DNA of 64,000 bases, taken from Escherichia coli O127:H6 str. E2348/69 (GTDB lineage: Bacteria > Pseudomonadota > Gammaproteobacteria > Enterobacterales > Enterobacteriaceae). The notes beneath the pieces are model-generated. The model searched no databases, had not been told where the DNA came from, and was given only the letters and a program-made list of their open reading frames with translations. Positions 39,295 through 55,632 of this stretch are shown here, one piece after another. Every line of letters begins with the position of its first letter. The stretch's first letter is position 1. The stretch is from the NCBI RefSeq assembly GCF_000026545.1, contig NC_011601.1. The stretch is one strand, 5' to 3'. Position numbers and translations under genes: made by a program.

Positions 39295-40452
39295 TTAACG
39301 GGCAGGTGCTTTATCGTTCTCACGCTTAACAACCGGTTTACCAGAGAACAAAAACTTCAATAATGGGATGCGTAAATGAATTTCATACAGAATTATCGCA
39401 ATCCCTACTACGAATATCAGGCCACAGAGAAAACCAAGCCAGTTGGAGGTGATGTGTGGTGTAATGTATGCGCCGAAAAACAGCGTTAACGGGTGGTGAA
39501 CCAGATAGATAAACAGCGATGCGTTAACAAAATAAGTCACCCGCGCTGACTGGAAGTTAAGCAAACGGTGGCCAAAGGAGAAGACCACATTCACCATCCA
39601 CAGACCGAGGACCATAGTGATCACCGACTCGGTTTCATACATCCAGGCATCGCCACTGCCATAGCGCTGGTTGAGTAAATAAGCGACAAACGCCAATGCT
39701 GCTGCAAGGGTACAGCCACGAGACGGCGTGGTAAACAAGGCTTTAAGATGAGGGAAAATGAAAGCCAGTGCGCCGAGGATAAAGAACGGCAAATAAAATA
39801 ACGTTTGCATGACAATAAAATTGAACATGCCGTTACTCAGAATGGGTGGATACACAATAAAAATCGTTCTTCTTATTACCGCATAACCGATGCCGAGGCA
39901 CAAAAAAATCACCGATAATTTTACCATCGAGAATTTTTTATTCGTTTTATCAGAATTTTCTAAATTATTTCTGATGCGTTTAAATATCCATACGCACAGC
40001 GTCGTCATGACCACTAACACCAGTAAAAACCACAGGTGTGATATTAATTCCCAGGCCAACGTATTATATTTGTCATACAATGACAGCCCAGGCCAACTTT
40101 CCGCTTTCCCTTTGACGTATTGCAGCATAATAAATTGCGGCAATGTCAGTAAGGGGATGGCTGTTAACATCGGGATCCCTACACGTTCGACACGTACTTT
40201 CCACCATTTTTTCAAGGGATAGCGTAAAAAAAGCATGTAGGAAAAGTACCCGGATATAACGAAAAACACCTGCATGCGGAACGAGTGGATGAAGTCATTA
40301 AAAAGGGTCAGCCACAATGACGGTTCGGCGCTATTCACATGCCATGTATGGCTCGAATAGATTAAAGAAATATGAAAAGGGATCCCTAACAACATCAGCC
40401 AGGCGCGGATGGAGTCGAGGAAATATTCACGTTGCGCGGGTACTGGATTCAT
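39295..40452 (-). CDS. opgC: OPG succinyltransferase OpgC (MdoC)
   Basis: 385-aa polytopic membrane acyltransferase. Synteny divergent from opgGH. Confidence 0.93.
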   Translation of the reverse strand: MNPVPAQREYFLDSIRAWLMLLGIPFHISLIYSSHTWHVNSAEPSLWLTLFNDFIHSFRMQVFFVISGYFSYMLFLRYPLKKWWKVRVERVGIPMLTAIPLLTLPQFIMLQYVKGKAESWPGLSLYDKYNTLAWELISHLWFLLVLVVMTTLCVWIFKRIRNNLENSDKTNKKFSMVKLSVIFLCLGIGYAVIRRTIFIVYPPILSNGMFNFIVMQTLFYLPFFILGALAFIFPHLKALFTTPSRGCTLAAALAFVAYLLNQRYGSGDAWMYETESVITMVLGLWMVNVVFSFGHRLLNFQSARVTYFVNASLFIYLVHHPLTLFFGAYITPHITSNWLGFLCGLIFVVGIAIILYEIHLRIPLLKFLFSGKPVVKRENDKAPAR

Positions 40453-40734
40453 ATATGGTTAACTAATCTCGGATTTTTCGTCTTATCCCTGTCGGGTTAT
40501 GCCTTTAGGCTTGTTGCCATAGCGACACCGACCTGACCGCGCCAGGCGCAGGCTTCAAGGTTTTTATGCATAGCATCATCGCTACCACTAACCAGAATGG
40601 AAGCGTCTGTAAGACGGTTGATAAATAAATTTGCTGGCAAACCCTACACGAAGTCGATGCTTCTGTCTTTAGGAGAAGCACGGAAAGTGAAAACGGTTGC
40701 AATCAGGTGCTTAATCCATGAGCCAGTGTGCTGA

Positions 40735-44917
<4,183 letters not shown>

Positions 44918-44927
44918 AAACGTAGTT

Positions 44928-45026
44928 GCCTGATGCGCTACGCTTATCAGGCCTACATCGCTCCTGCAATGTGTTGATTTTGCAAGATTTTGTAGGTCGG
45001 ATAAGGCGTTCACACCACATCTGGCA
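44928..45026. repeat. REP/BIME element (two inverted REP units)
   Basis: GCCTGATGCGCTACGCTTATCAGGCCTAC (44928-44956) and TGTAGGTCGGATAAGGCGTTCACACCACATCTGGCA (44991-45026) match the E. coli REP consensus families. Confidence 0.85.
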
Positions 45027-45046
45027 AAATCAACGAGCCAATAAAA

Positions 45047-45073
45047 ATACCGGCGTTATGCCGGTATTTTTTT
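45047..45073 (+). terminator. opgGH terminator
   Basis: ataccggc-gttat-gccggtat followed by a run of seven T. Confidence 0.75.
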
Positions 45074-45089
45074 ACGGAAGAGGTATCAA

Positions 45090-45317
45090 ATGCGTTTAAT
45101 TGTGGTGAGCATCATGGTGACCTTGCTGAGTGGCTGTGGCAGCATTATTAGCCGCACTATACCGGGGCAGGGGCATGGCAACCAATATTATCCCGGTGTG
45201 CAATGGGATGTGCGTGACTCCGCCTGGCGTTATGTCACGATCCTTGATCTGCCATTCTCCCTGGTTTTTGATACTTTACTGCTGCCGATCGACATTCATC
45301 ATGGCCCGTATGAGTAA
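45090..45317 (+). CDS. yceK: Lipoprotein YceK
   Basis: 75 aa with the lipobox LLSGC. Confidence 0.9.
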   Translation: MRLIVVSIMVTLLSGCGSIISRTIPGQGHGNQYYPGVQWDVRDSAWRYVTILDLPFSLVFDTLLLPIDIHHGPYE

Positions 45318-45692
45318 TTAACGTTCATCCCACTCATCAGCTGCTGCGCGTCCTTCCTCGGTATCCAGCGGTGGCTCAAGCTGAAATTCCCCCTCGTCCC
45401 ATTCATGTAATGTATTCTCATCTTGCCACTCCTGGCGGATCTCTATCTCATCATAGTCGCCGTCAAAGACACTTTGCGCAGCTTCACCGCTAAGCATGGG
45501 TAAACATTCACCTTCTTCCCCTTCGTCGGCAAAAAACTCAACTTGCCACATGATGTCGCCGTCCTGCAAAACGTATTTTTGGGCATTGAACTGTTGCACA
45601 TTCGCGTTTTCGGCGTCGATGCCGGGGTTGTCTGCAAGAAATTCTTCGCGTGCAGCGTCAATGGCTTCTTCAAGCATTGCGTACATGGTCAT
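45318..45692 (-). CDS. msyB: Acidic protein MsyB
   Basis: MTMYAMLEEAIDAAREEFLADNPG... (124 aa), starting at the second ATG of ORF 45318..45695. Confidence 0.93.
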   Translation of the reverse strand: MTMYAMLEEAIDAAREEFLADNPGIDAENANVQQFNAQKYVLQDGDIMWQVEFFADEGEEGECLPMLSGEAAQSVFDGDYDEIEIRQEWQDENTLHEWDEGEFQLEPPLDTEEGRAAADEWDER

Positions 45693-45774
45693 CACGATTC
45701 TCCCTTTGAGTTGATGAGGTTTCAGGGAAAAGGATAGCTGATTCTCCGCTTTTGCAAGTATGAAAGGCGAAAAA

Positions 45775-47001
45775 TCAGTTCGATATCTGGGGGATTCGAC
45801 GACGACGTAGACTGTTCCATGAATAGACTGCGTTGAATAACACGACGCCAGCGGTGACGAGAAATACCGCCCTGAAACCGTAGTTCGCTGAAATCGCTGC
45901 TCCCATCAATGGTCCGGTAACGTTGCCAATATCACGAAACGATTGGTTATAGCTGAAGATACGCCCGGCGATCTGGTTGCTCGAGTTATAAACTAATAGT
46001 GTCTGTACGGCGGGGAGTAGTGCACCATCGGCGGCACCGAGCAAAAAACGTAAAATCCCAAGTTGTAATGGCGTCTGAACGTAAGACATTGGGATCAACA
46101 GCAGTACAGAAAAGATCAGCGCTGTAATCAGGATCTTTTCGGGTCCGATTCGATCGCCAAGTTTGCCGAGTCGTGGTGCACTTAGCAGAGCCGCCACGCC
46201 TGGCACCGAGGCGATCATGCCACTGATAAAGGCGACGTTACTGACGTTACCCGCCAGTTCGCGGACATACAGCGTCAGAATGGGGGCAATTGAGCCCGTC
46301 GCCACCTGGATGATTAACGTAGTGACAAACAGGCTGAGTACCAGTTTCGGGTTTTTAAGTGATGTCACCACTTCCCGCATGTGCAGCATCTCTTTTTTGC
46401 TGACCGGCTGGAATTTTTCTCTGATGCAGAACAGGGTGACGAAAAAGCAGAGTATGAGCACACTGGCGGTAATAAAGAATACCGGACGTAAGCCGTAGCT
46501 ATCGGCGAGCAAACCGCCAGCCATTGGGCCGAGCAACGCGCCGCTAACGCCGCCTGTGGAGAGCGTACCCAGCGCCCAGCCGCTTTTATTACGCGGTACT
46601 TGTGTGGCGATAAGAGCATTAGCGTTGGGGACAAATCCGCCAAGTAACCCAAGAAGCGCCCGCAGGATCAAAAACTGCCAGATATTTTGTGCCAGCCCCA
46701 TCAACACCATCACGATGCCCATGCCGAGGGCAGAGCGTAATAGCATGAGTTTTCGGCCTTTACGGTCGGCGAGTCCACCCCAAAACGGTGAGGCGATGGC
46801 CGAAAATAAAAATGTAATGCTGAAGACAATACCGGACCACATATTCAAGGCGGAGTGGCCCGTAACGCCAAGCTGCTCAACGTAGAGGGGTAAGAAGGGC
46901 ATTACCAGGCTGAAGGCGGCACCCGTAAGAAAACAGCCTAGCCAGGCGACGATCAGGTTTCGTTTCCAGTTTATAGGGGTGTCATTTTCACAGGGTGACA
47001 T
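45775..47001 (-). CDS. mdtG: MFS multidrug efflux transporter MdtG
   Basis: 408 aa, 12-TM MFS. Matches K-12 MdtG (YceE). Confidence 0.95.
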   Translation of the reverse strand: MSPCENDTPINWKRNLIVAWLGCFLTGAAFSLVMPFLPLYVEQLGVTGHSALNMWSGIVFSITFLFSAIASPFWGGLADRKGRKLMLLRSALGMGIVMVLMGLAQNIWQFLILRALLGLLGGFVPNANALIATQVPRNKSGWALGTLSTGGVSGALLGPMAGGLLADSYGLRPVFFITASVLILCFFVTLFCIREKFQPVSKKEMLHMREVVTSLKNPKLVLSLFVTTLIIQVATGSIAPILTLYVRELAGNVSNVAFISGMIASVPGVAALLSAPRLGKLGDRIGPEKILITALIFSVLLLIPMSYVQTPLQLGILRFLLGAADGALLPAVQTLLVYNSSNQIAGRIFSYNQSFRDIGNVTGPLMGAAISANYGFRAVFLVTAGVVLFNAVYSWNSLRRRRIPQISN

Positions 47002-47172
47002 AGCAATCCGCTGTTGGTGCGCCAGGCGCGGTGAACATAAGAAGAAAAGATAAGCACACTAATTATGCGCCCGACTTCCAGGGGGCGCAATCCAGAGAGC
47101 TTTTATCGCTAAATCAGGGGGATTTGCTGTGGTAATGCCGGATGCTATTCTCAAGCATCCGGCTTGGGAGAT

Positions 47173-48093
47173 TTAATAGCGTGAAGGAACGCCTTCCGGA
47201 CGTGTTTTAAAGCGACGGTGTAACCACATATACTGCTCTGGTGCCATCATGATGCATTTTTCGACCACTTTGTTCATCCACGCGGCGGTAGTTTCGGCAT
47301 CATCCAGCGGCGGAGAACACTCTGGCGGCAGCATAATCAACTGATACCCTTTGCCATCTGGCTTACGGCGTGGAACGAAGGGCACCAGACATGCGCCGGA
47401 CATCCGTGCCAGCATCCAGGTTCCGGTCGTGGTCGCAGCCTGCTCAACGGCAAACAACGGGACAAAAACGCTTGAGCGCGGGCCGTAATCATGATCCGGT
47501 GCGTACCAGACCACTTCGCCTTTTTTCAGGGTTTTAATCATGCCTTTTAAATCTTTGCGGTCGAGCATCGATTTATTTGAGCGCAAACGGCCCCAGGTTT
47601 GTAGCCAGTCAATCAGTGGATTATCGTTCGGGCGGTAAACGCCAATCCCCGGTTCCTGCATACCAAACTGCCGCGCACCAAGCTCCAGTGTCAGAAAATG
47701 GATGCCAACTAACAGGATGCCGCGTTTTTGCGCCTGCACGTCACGAATGTGTTCCATGCCGATCACTTCCGTCCAGCGGGCGATTCTGCGGTCCGGCCAG
47801 AACCACGCCATGCCGGTTTCCATCAGGCCCATGCCAACGGATTCGAAATTCTTCACCACCATTTTACGGCGTTCTTGTTCGCTCATTTCCGGGAAGCACA
47901 GTTCCAGGTTGCGATGCACAATTTTTGCGCGTCGTTTCATAAAACGTAACGCAAGTTTTCCTAATCCACAACCGAGGCGGTAGATAACCGGGTAGGGCAA
48001 TTGCACGACCAACCAAAGTACGCCAATACCCAACCAGGTTAACCAATAACGCGGATGAAGCAGTGCGGTGGAGAACTTGGGTAGATTCGTCAT
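47173..48093 (-). CDS. lpxL: Lipid A biosynthesis lauroyltransferase LpxL (HtrB)
   Basis: [22 protein letters not shown]... (306 aa) from the internal ATG at 48093 of ORF 47173..48156. Confidence 0.95.
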   Translation of the reverse strand: MTNLPKFSTALLHPRYWLTWLGIGVLWLVVQLPYPVIYRLGCGLGKLALRFMKRRAKIVHRNLELCFPEMSEQERRKMVVKNFESVGMGLMETGMAWFWPDRRIARWTEVIGMEHIRDVQAQKRGILLVGIHFLTLELGARQFGMQEPGIGVYRPNDNPLIDWLQTWGRLRSNKSMLDRKDLKGMIKTLKKGEVVWYAPDHDYGPRSSVFVPLFAVEQAATTTGTWMLARMSGACLVPFVPRRKPDGKGYQLIMLPPECSPPLDDAETTAAWMNKVVEKCIMMAPEQYMWLHRRFKTRPEGVPSRY

Positions 48094-48317
48094 ATCAATC
48101 CTGTTTTTCAACCTATACGGGCAATTGTATGTATTGTCGCATTTTTTCGTCTGCAACCAAAATTTGTGACTGAAGACTGGGCGAAATTGCCGCGCTTGTA
48201 AATAACAAATAATTTTTAATGCTAAAATGTAGCGTAAAATGTGTGGATGTTAATTATCGATAATTGCTATATCATGCCGCGGATTTTTACTTTCCCATCT
48301 CGCAGGAACCGTACACC

Positions 48318-49370
48318 ATGCCAGTGTTACACAACCGCATTTCCAACGACGCGTTAAAAGCCAAAATGTTGGCTGAGAGCGAACCGCGAATCACCATTTC
48401 GTTTTATAAGTACTTCCACATCGCAGATCCTAAGGCGACCCGTGACGCTTTATATCAGCTGTTTACCGCGCTGGATGTTTTTGGGCGAGTGTATCTGGCG
48501 CATGAGGGCATTAACGCGCAAATCAGCGTACCTGCGAGCAATGTTGAAACATTTCGCGCGCAGCTTTATGCCTTCGACCCGGCTTTAGAGGGCTTACGCC
48601 TGAATATCGCGTTGGATGATGACGGGAAATCCTTCTGGGTACTGCGCATGAAGGTCCGTGATCGTATCGTTTCCGACGGTATTGACGATCCTCACTTTGA
48701 TGCCAGCAATGTGGGTGAGTATCTGCAAGCGGCGGAAGTGAACGCCATGCTTGACGATCCCGATGCATTGTTTATCGACATGCGTAACCACTATGAGTAT
48801 GAAGTGGGGCACTTTGAAAACGCGCTGGAAATTCCGGCAGATACCTTCCGTGAGCAGCTGCCAAAAGCAGTCGAGATGATGCAGGCACATAAAGATAAAA
48901 AAATCGTTATGTACTGCACCGGCGGCATTCGTTGTGAAAAGGCCAGTGCCTGGATGAAACATAACGGATTCAACAAAGTCTGGCATATCGAGGGCGGAAT
49001 TATTGAATACGCCCGTAAGGCGCGCGAGCAGGGCTTGCCGGTGCGTTTTATTGGCAAAAATTTTGTTTTTGACGAGCGGATGGGCGAACGTATATCTGAT
49101 GAGATTATCGCGCATTGCCACCAGTGCGGTGCGCCGTGCGACAGCCATACCAACTGTAAAAATGATGGCTGCCATCTGCTGTTTATTCAGTGTCCAGTAT
49201 GTGCGGAAAAATACAAAGGTTGTTGTAGTGAGATTTGCTGCGAAGAAAGCGCGTTACCGCCAGAGGAACAGCGACGCCGTCGGGCAGGACGTGAAAATAG
49301 CAATAAGATCTTTAATAAGTCTCGTGGACGTCTGAATACAACACTGGGCATTCCTGATCCAACAGAGTAA
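48318..49370 (+). CDS. trhO: tRNA uridine(34) hydroxylase TrhO (YceA), rhodanese domain
   Basis: [24 protein letters not shown]... (350 aa) from the ATG at 48318. The rhodanese active-site loop is [11 protein letters not shown]. Confidence 0.93.
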   Translation: MPVLHNRISNDALKAKMLAESEPRITISFYKYFHIADPKATRDALYQLFTALDVFGRVYLAHEGINAQISVPASNVETFRAQLYAFDPALEGLRLNIALDDDGKSFWVLRMKVRDRIVSDGIDDPHFDASNVGEYLQAAEVNAMLDDPDALFIDMRNHYEYEVGHFENALEIPADTFREQLPKAVEMMQAHKDKKIVMYCTGGIRCEKASAWMKHNGFNKVWHIEGGIIEYARKAREQGLPVRFIGKNFVFDERMGERISDEIIAHCHQCGAPCDSHTNCKNDGCHLLFIQCPVCAEKYKGCCSEICCEESALPPEEQRRRRAGRENSNKIFNKSRGRLNTTLGIPDPTE

Positions 49371-49377
49371 ATATCAT

Positions 49378-49400
49378 TGCCGGATGCGTGCCATCCGGCA
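49378..49400. other. Stem-loop between convergent trhO and yceI (probable bidirectional terminator)
   Basis: tgccggatg-cgtgc-catccggca, a 9-bp perfect stem. Confidence 0.5.
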
Positions 49401-49411
49401 ACATTTCACTC

Positions 49412-49987
49412 TTACTTCTGCTGTACGCCTTCCACTGAAATAATAAGATCCACTTCCTGAGACGCTGGACCTAAATCTGTCTTGATATTGAAGTCTTTGA
49501 GCTTAATTTTGCCTTCGGCCTCAAAGCCTGCACGTTTACCGCCCCACGGGTCGTCACCCTGACCAATTAATTTCGCTTCCAGTGTGACGGGCTTGGTTAC
49601 ACCATTCAGCGTCAGATCGCCGGTAATATCCAGTTCGTCACCGTCTTTCTTCACGCTGGTGGAGGTGAATGTTGCCTGTGGATATTTTGCAGTATTGAGG
49701 AAATCTGCACTGCGAAGATGTTTATCGCGTTCGGCGTGATTAGTATCGACGCTGGTGGTGTTAATTGTCACATTCACTTTATCGGCAGCTGGATTTTTTT
49801 CATCAAAGGTAAAAGTACCGTCGAAATCTTTAAAGGTGCCGTATAACCAGCTATAGCCAAGGTGCTGTATGCGGAAGTTAACAAAGGCGTGCTGACCTTC
49901 TTTGTCAATTTTGTAATCGGCGGCAACCGCTGAACCGGCAGAGAACATCAGGGAAGCGAAGGTTAAACCAAGCAGGCTTTTTTTCAT
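49412..49987 (-). CDS. yceI: Periplasmic polyisoprenoid-binding protein YceI
   Basis: 191 aa with a signal peptide. Matches K-12 YceI. Confidence 0.95.
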
Positions 49988-49990
49988 TTT

Positions 49991-50557
49991 TTATACTCCA
50001 TAGTCAGATGACGACTTTCCCAGCATGCACTTCAGAGTGTCGTCTTTATCGATGAAATGATGCTTCAGGGCCATAAATCCGTGCATAACGGACAGTACTA
50101 CGACGCTCCACGCGAGCCAAAAATGCAGGGCACCGGCAAAGTCAGCCTGTGCGCCAGCGTCGGCGAGGGTCGCGGGGACGTCAAACCAGCCAAAAACGCT
50201 GATCGGTTTACCATCGGCAGTTGAGATCAGATAGCCGCTGATGCCGATGGCGAACAGCAATAAGTACAATGCGAGATGTCCAGCCTTTGCGCCAAGACGA
50301 GTCATGGGCGAATAACTCTGCAGCGGACCCGGCGGTGGAGATATGACGCGCCACAGAACGCGAATAACCAGCCCCATCATTAACAAAATACCGATGCTTT
50401 TATGCAGTTCGGGTGCTTTGTGATACCAGCCATCGTAATAACTGAGCGTGACCATCCACAGACCTAAAGCAAACATGCCGTAGACAATAATTGCGCTTAG
50501 CCAATGGAAGGCCGCAGATATAACACCATAGCGTTCAGGGGTATTTGTGAATGACAT
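49991..50557 (-). CDS. yceJ: Cytochrome b561 homologue YceJ
   Basis: MSFTNTPERYGVISAAFHWLSAIIVYGMF... (188 aa) from the internal ATG at 50557 of ORF 49991..50632. Confidence 0.9.
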   Translation of the reverse strand: MSFTNTPERYGVISAAFHWLSAIIVYGMFALGLWMVTLSYYDGWYHKAPELHKSIGILLMMGLVIRVLWRVISPPPGPLQSYSPMTRLGAKAGHLALYLLLFAIGISGYLISTADGKPISVFGWFDVPATLADAGAQADFAGALHFWLAWSVVVLSVMHGFMALKHHFIDKDDTLKCMLGKSSSDYGV

Positions 50558-50818
50558 AAGTGCATCCAAAACGAATTTGCGAGAGAAAGAAAATGGCGTG
50601 TCGGAGAATGAATTGCAACACAAAAATAACAAATTGAATGATATTTATTTTTATTTCAATAATTTTGAATTAATAATGAAAGAATCTTCATAAGTTTAGT
50701 GGGTTCAGCATCTGGAAGGTCTAGTGAGTGCTGTAGAGGCAGGAAGAATCTCATTCAATTTTTCACGCTAAATGAAAGGGAGATTAAATATTTGTCAGTT
50801 TATGTCAGTGCGGAAAAA

Positions 50819-50959
50819 CTAAAAATAAAACACGTAGATTAGGTCCATAATTGCTAATAGTCCCCAGAGAAAAAGATAAAGCATCAGATGCTCGCGAATA
50901 TTATTAATGAGATAGTTCACCAACCGACGCATTAAATACCCCTGTAAAAACGGCCTCAT
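50819..50959 (-). CDS. yceO: Small membrane protein YceO (46 aa)
   Basis: Below the ORF-track length cutoff. My minus-strand translation is [46 protein letters not shown], which matches K-12 YceO from memory, between yceJ and solA. Confidence 0.65.
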   Translation of the reverse strand: MRPFLQGYLMRRLVNYLINNIREHLMLYLFLWGLLAIMDLIYVFYF

Positions 50960-50979
50960 TCTGGAGGCCGTAATGATGA

Positions 50980-52098
50980 TTATTGGAAGCGGGAAAGCCT
51001 GAATGGCGTCAAATCAAAATCGCTTTTTTTGTCTTGCGCAAAATCGGCAGCTATTTCCCCTAAAACTGACGCAAATTTAAAACCGTGCCCACTCAGGCCG
51101 GTAATAAGCAGGGTATTATCGTGGCCGGGTAAGGTATCGATAATAAAATCCTCGTCAGGCGAATTATCATAGGTGCAGGCAGCGCCGTACAGGCAGCAGC
51201 CGATACCCGGCAACACATTGCGCAAGAACGGGAAGGCTTCCGAACCATCGCTGACCACTTCCGCAAACGGAACACGTTCATCCGCTGAATGGATAACCTG
51301 GCCTCCGTTATGTTTGCCAATCTTCAACGCGTCGTTTTCTGCCGGAAAACCATAATATTGATCGCCATTGGGCAGTTCACCGGTAAATGCCGGGAATTTA
51401 TTCTTCACGCTATAGCGGCCATCGGCCTGATACCAGGCAAATACTTTGCGTACGGGCAGGACAGGCAGCTCCGGGAGTAGGTCTTTTACCCATGTTCCCG
51501 CGCAGACAATCGCTTTTTTCGCCTGATACTCACCGTCAGCCGTTTCAATAGTTACGCCATCATCGTCATGACGAATTGCGGTGACCGGGCAGTTGAACAG
51601 CTGCGCACAGCCCGCTTCCTTCGCCAGTTGGATCCAGGTTTTAATCGCCAGTTCGCTGCGCAAAAAACCGGAATCAGTTTCAAATAAACCGATGTAGTTG
51701 TCCGGGACGCGTATTTCTGGCCAGCGGGCCATAATCCCTTGCGCGTCGAGCTTTTCAACGTTGAGTTGCCACTGTTCGGCGCTGTGGGCGACGTTGGCGA
51801 GAAATGCGGAGTCAGCCGGACCGAGGTTAATGACACCAGAGCGTACAAAAATGGGATCATCTTCGTTGTGGCGGGAAAGTTCATCCCACAGCATTTGCGC
51901 GCGGAGGACCAGCGGGACATACTTTTCGCCTTCACCATAAGCATGGCGAATTAATCGCGTATCGCCGTGGTGGCTGCCGTGTTGATGCGGTGGCATATGG
52001 GCGTCGGTCATTAGCACGTTTAAACCGGCGCGGGTTGCATAATACCCGGCGGCAGCGCCTACGGAACCGCTGCCAATAATGATGAGATCGTATTTCAT
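50980..52098 (-). CDS. solA: N-methyl-L-tryptophan oxidase SolA
   Basis: 372 aa. The FAD-binding N-terminus is [21 protein letters not shown]. Confidence 0.95.
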   Translation of the reverse strand: MKYDLIIIGSGSVGAAAGYYATRAGLNVLMTDAHMPPHQHGSHHGDTRLIRHAYGEGEKYVPLVLRAQMLWDELSRHNEDDPIFVRSGVINLGPADSAFLANVAHSAEQWQLNVEKLDAQGIMARWPEIRVPDNYIGLFETDSGFLRSELAIKTWIQLAKEAGCAQLFNCPVTAIRHDDDGVTIETADGEYQAKKAIVCAGTWVKDLLPELPVLPVRKVFAWYQADGRYSVKNKFPAFTGELPNGDQYYGFPAENDALKIGKHNGGQVIHSADERVPFAEVVSDGSEAFPFLRNVLPGIGCCLYGAACTYDNSPDEDFIIDTLPGHDNTLLITGLSGHGFKFASVLGEIAADFAQDKKSDFDLTPFRLSRFQ

Positions 52099-52212
52099 TT
52101 TTTTCTCTCTGCTCTCATGGTTTAAGCAGAGTAATTAACTGAATGCAGATATACAACCCAGAAATGGTAAAGGCACCGGTGAGGTGCCTTTTGGGTGGAT
52201 GGTCATGTCATG

Positions 52213-52467
52213 TTAATGACGCCGATACTCGTTTACCTGGAAATCACCGGATTCAATTTTGGCGATTCCTGCTTCTAATATCGAAATAAATTGTCTGGCA
52301 ACATCAGTGGTTAACCAGAGCGTCTGACCAACTTCAGTCCCTTCCTGCTCGGACTTATTTGGGGTCTGGTAGTGCAAACGCAACATCAGCGCATCATAGC
52401 TATCAACGGTGCTGATGTCCCACCCTACGAGCGGATGTGTCTGAATGACTTCATTATTTTTTTCCAT
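52213..52467 (-). CDS. bssS: Biofilm regulator BssS (YceP)
   Basis: MEKNNEVIQTHPLVGWDISTVDSYDALMLRLHYQ... (84 aa), starting at the second ATG. Confidence 0.9.
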   Translation of the reverse strand: MEKNNEVIQTHPLVGWDISTVDSYDALMLRLHYQTPNKSEQEGTEVGQTLWLTTDVARQFISILEAGIAKIESGDFQVNEYRRH

Positions 52468-52711
52468 CATGGCCCCCTAATTCGTGTTACTAGACAACGT
52501 TATTCGAGGTTCAATGCGTTTTTATCTGAAGCAACTTCAGTATACCAATAAGTAAGGGTATTCACCGAATTTTTAAAGGGGGGAGCAGATAAATTTCTGC
52601 TTTTAAGATTTATATGAACAATAAAACAGCATGTCATTCATATTTTTTTAGCATATTGTGCAATTATTTTGAGGAAGTGTAGAAATTTTGTACTCACAAT
52701 TCGCAAGTAAA

Positions 52712-52735
52712 ATAAAAAAGCCGGGGCGACCCGGC
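52712..52735 (-). terminator. dinI terminator
   Basis: The minus strand reads gccggg-tcgc-cccggc followed by TTTTTTATTTT. Confidence 0.7.
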
Positions 52736-52756
52736 AAAAACAAAAATCACTGCATA

Positions 52757-53002
52757 TTATTCGCTGACAAACCAGTCATCGGCGCTTTCCCACGTTTCCT
52801 GGAGAATTTCGCTAATGCGCTGTTTATCTTCTTTTGTCGCGCCAATAACCGATAAATTATTTGCTGCGGCATAACGTACCGATACGTGGCCTTCATTATC
52901 AGGAAACGCATACTGAATACGGCGGGAAAGTTCGCCAGCCAGGGCGTCAATAGCCCCAGCTGGCAATGGAGAAGTTTTCGCTATGGTGACTTCAATTCGC
53001 AT
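52757..53002 (-). CDS. dinI: DNA-damage-inducible protein I
   Basis: MRIEVTIAKTSPLPAGAIDALAGELSRRIQYAFPDNEGHVSVRYAAANNLSVIGATKEDKQRISEILQETWESADDWFVSE (81 aa) from the internal ATG at 53002 of ORF 52757..53134. Confidence 0.93.
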   Translation of the reverse strand: MRIEVTIAKTSPLPAGAIDALAGELSRRIQYAFPDNEGHVSVRYAAANNLSVIGATKEDKQRISEILQETWESADDWFVSE

Positions 53003-53023
53003 AATAGCCCCCTGTTGAATATA

Positions 53024-53039
53024 CTGGTTATTTATACAG
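53024..53039. promoter_or_regulatory. LexA (SOS) box of dinI
   Basis: CTGGTTATTTATACAG reads CTGTATAAATAACCAG on the gene strand. It fits CTG-N10-CAG with a TA-rich core and lies 22 nt upstream of the dinI ATG. Confidence 0.8.
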
Positions 53040-53075
53040 GTAAAATAACCTAATGACAACAGGAAGCTACGATTT

Positions 53076-54122
53076 TTATTGTTTAACGGACCAGCGTACC
53101 GTTTCTCCGGCGAGGAATGGCACCAGCGTGTCATCAGTCAGTGCGATGCTTTCAGCAACCTGTTGCTCTTCACGTACCAGTTCGATGAATGTGTCGTTGA
53201 CCGGCAAGCCATAGAACTGCGGGCCGTTTACAGAACAGAATGCTTCAAAGTGCTGCAAAGCATTCATCTCTTCAAAGACGGTAGCGTAACTGCCCAGCGC
53301 GGTTGGGGCGTTGAAACAGCCTGCGCAGCCGCAGCTGCTCTCTTTGCGATGACGTGCATGTGGCGCAGAATCCGTTCCGAGGAATACACGATTAAAACCG
53401 CTGGCGACCAGTTCACGCAATGCCTGTTGGTGGATATTGCGTTTGAGGATGGGTAGACAATACAGGTGCGGACGCACGCCACCAACCAGCATATGGTTGC
53501 GGTTAAACATCAGATGCTGCGGAGTGATGGTGGCAGCCAGCCGTTCATTTCCGTCACGGACATAGTCGGCAGCGTCTTTGGTGGTGATGTGCTCAAAAAC
53601 GACTTTCAGTGCAGTCAGGCGCTGGCGCAGCGGTTCCATCACGCTTTCTATAAAGCGCGCTTCACGATCAAAAATGTCGATATCTGCATGTGTTACTTCA
53701 CCATGCACCAGTAGCGGCATACCGATTTTTTCCATGCGCTCAAGTACCGGCATGATTGCGTCAACTGACGTAACGCCGTGGCTGGAGTTAGTGGTTGCGT
53801 TTGCCGGATAAAGTTTTGCAGCGGTGAACACGCCTTCGTTAAATCCGCGCTCCAGCTCATTAGGATCCAGCGAATCTGTTAAATAACAGGTCATCAGCGG
53901 GGTGAAATCGTGCCCGGCAGGTACGGCGTCAAGAATGCGCTGGCGATACGCTACGGCAGCCTCAACGGTGGTCACGGGCGGAGCCAGATTGGGCATTACG
54001 ATAGCCCGTCCATAAATTTCGCTGGTATACGGCACGACAGTTTTTAACATGTCGCCATCGCGGAGGTGAAGGTGCCAGTCGTCTGGGCGGCGGATCTTTA
54101 ATACCTGGGATGGTGCAGTCAT
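53076..54122 (-). CDS. pyrC: Dihydroorotase
   Basis: 348 aa with the metal-binding [10 protein letters not shown] near the N-terminus. Confidence 0.97.
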   Translation of the reverse strand: MTAPSQVLKIRRPDDWHLHLRDGDMLKTVVPYTSEIYGRAIVMPNLAPPVTTVEAAVAYRQRILDAVPAGHDFTPLMTCYLTDSLDPNELERGFNEGVFTAAKLYPANATTNSSHGVTSVDAIMPVLERMEKIGMPLLVHGEVTHADIDIFDREARFIESVMEPLRQRLTALKVVFEHITTKDAADYVRDGNERLAATITPQHLMFNRNHMLVGGVRPHLYCLPILKRNIHQQALRELVASGFNRVFLGTDSAPHARHRKESSCGCAGCFNAPTALGSYATVFEEMNALQHFEAFCSVNGPQFYGLPVNDTFIELVREEQQVAESIALTDDTLVPFLAGETVRWSVKQ

Positions 54123-54227
54123 TAATCTCTATGCTCCGGCTGAAGGGATGTTTTTGCCGGACACAAAGGATAAGCGGAAACGTTTTCCTTTGCACGAAAA
54201 ATAAAGGGCGCGAATGCGCCCTCGTGA

Positions 54228-54788
54228 TTAATCAGTAAACGGAATGACAATTTCGCCTGGCTTCACTTCAATGCCTTTCGCCAGTTTCTTCGCCATTGCT
54301 TCGCCCTGGCTGCCATCTTCGCGCAGGACGTAAGCAGGTTGCTGGTTAAAGTAATTGCGTAATGCCTGGTTTAAATAGGGAAGCAACGTTTGCATCACCG
54401 TTTGCATTTTTTCCGGTTGTACCGTCGCATCGACCACTTCCATCTCTTTCAGGAAGATCGCGCCTTTTTCTTTATCAAACACGGGCAGCGCTTTCAGCTT
54501 CAGTTTCATGGTCGCTTTCTGGCTACCGAACAGGGAGTTCATGTCCAGATTGGCGTCTCCGGTTAGGGTAACCTTATTCGGCTCTTCGCGACCAATTTGG
54601 CTGGTCAGGTTTGTCAGAACAATATGGGCGTCAGCCACGCCGGGTAAACCGATATCTTTTGAGAAATTATTATGTTTCGCAAGCGACTGGTTAATTTCTT
54701 GTTCGGTGATGGTGTATTGGGTGAGTTGATTACAGCCAACGAGCAGGCCACTGACGATCAATGCAGCGGCAAATAAAAACTTGTTCAT
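54228..54788 (-). CDS. yceB: Lipoprotein YceB (DUF1439)
   Basis: MNKFLFAAALIVSGLLVGC... (186 aa) from the internal ATG at 54788 of ORF 54228..54989. Confidence 0.9.
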   Translation of the reverse strand: MNKFLFAAALIVSGLLVGCNQLTQYTITEQEINQSLAKHNNFSKDIGLPGVADAHIVLTNLTSQIGREEPNKVTLTGDANLDMNSLFGSQKATMKLKLKALPVFDKEKGAIFLKEMEVVDATVQPEKMQTVMQTLLPYLNQALRNYFNQQPAYVLREDGSQGEAMAKKLAKGIEVKPGEIVIPFTD

Positions 54789-54921
54789 GGTAGTCCTCGA
54801 CATGAAATCTGCGTCAATATCCTGACACAACGCAGCATGTGTCACCAGCGATAAACGCGCCAGCAGAAAAAACTGAAAACGGCGGCAACCCGCGAATACA
54901 GGCTGCCGCGGCGGGTCAGGA

Positions 54922-55569
54922 TTAAATCGCCATTGATGATAACAAATTGAGTTGTGTCTGTTTCGCCATATTATCGCGGTAATCAGCAACGCGGCTTGGC
55001 CAGTTGATTCCGGCTACTAGCGTCAGATTACGCAGGAGCGGAAATAGCTGAATATCATCTTCCGAAAGTTCGCCATTCACGGCGTTCGGTTTGACGATCA
55101 GTTTGTCCAGCGCACGTAAATCATCGCTGATATTCTTAATCAGACCGTCAGAGTGGGCCAGCAGGTCGGCAAAATTACCCGCGCTGGCCTCTTTCTTGTC
55201 GACGAAATATTTGCGCGCGGCAGGAGTAGAAAACTCATCAAATGCCGATTTGGCAAAACGCGGCAACAGCAGTTTGTTGGCGTAGCCATTGACCTTGCGC
55301 AGCCACTCTTCAATGGCAGGGGAACGTTTGCCGGTCAGTAACGGTTTGCCGTCGAGTTTATCGACATAGTGAACGATGTCCATGCTTTCTGGCATATAGC
55401 GGCTGTCATCTTTTTGCAGAATGGGAACCTGTTTTTGACCGACCATCCGGGTGGGTGTTTCTGCGTCGTCGTTGAGCAGAACATGTAATTCGACGGGGAT
55501 ATTTTTCAGGCCGAAAATCATGCGGGCTTTGAGGCAGTAAGGGCAGTGATCGTAAATGTATAGCTTCAC
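54922..55569 (-). CDS. grxB: Glutaredoxin 2
   Basis: 215 aa with the active site MKLYIYDHCPYCLKA. Confidence 0.95.
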   Translation of the reverse strand: MKLYIYDHCPYCLKARMIFGLKNIPVELHVLLNDDAETPTRMVGQKQVPILQKDDSRYMPESMDIVHYVDKLDGKPLLTGKRSPAIEEWLRKVNGYANKLLLPRFAKSAFDEFSTPAARKYFVDKKEASAGNFADLLAHSDGLIKNISDDLRALDKLIVKPNAVNGELSEDDIQLFPLLRNLTLVAGINWPSRVADYRDNMAKQTQLNLLSSMAI

Positions 55570-55632
55570 GTGACTCCTCCATTTGGCTATCAGTTCACTT
55601 TCAGTATGGAGGAGTCAGGGGGGAGTATCAAA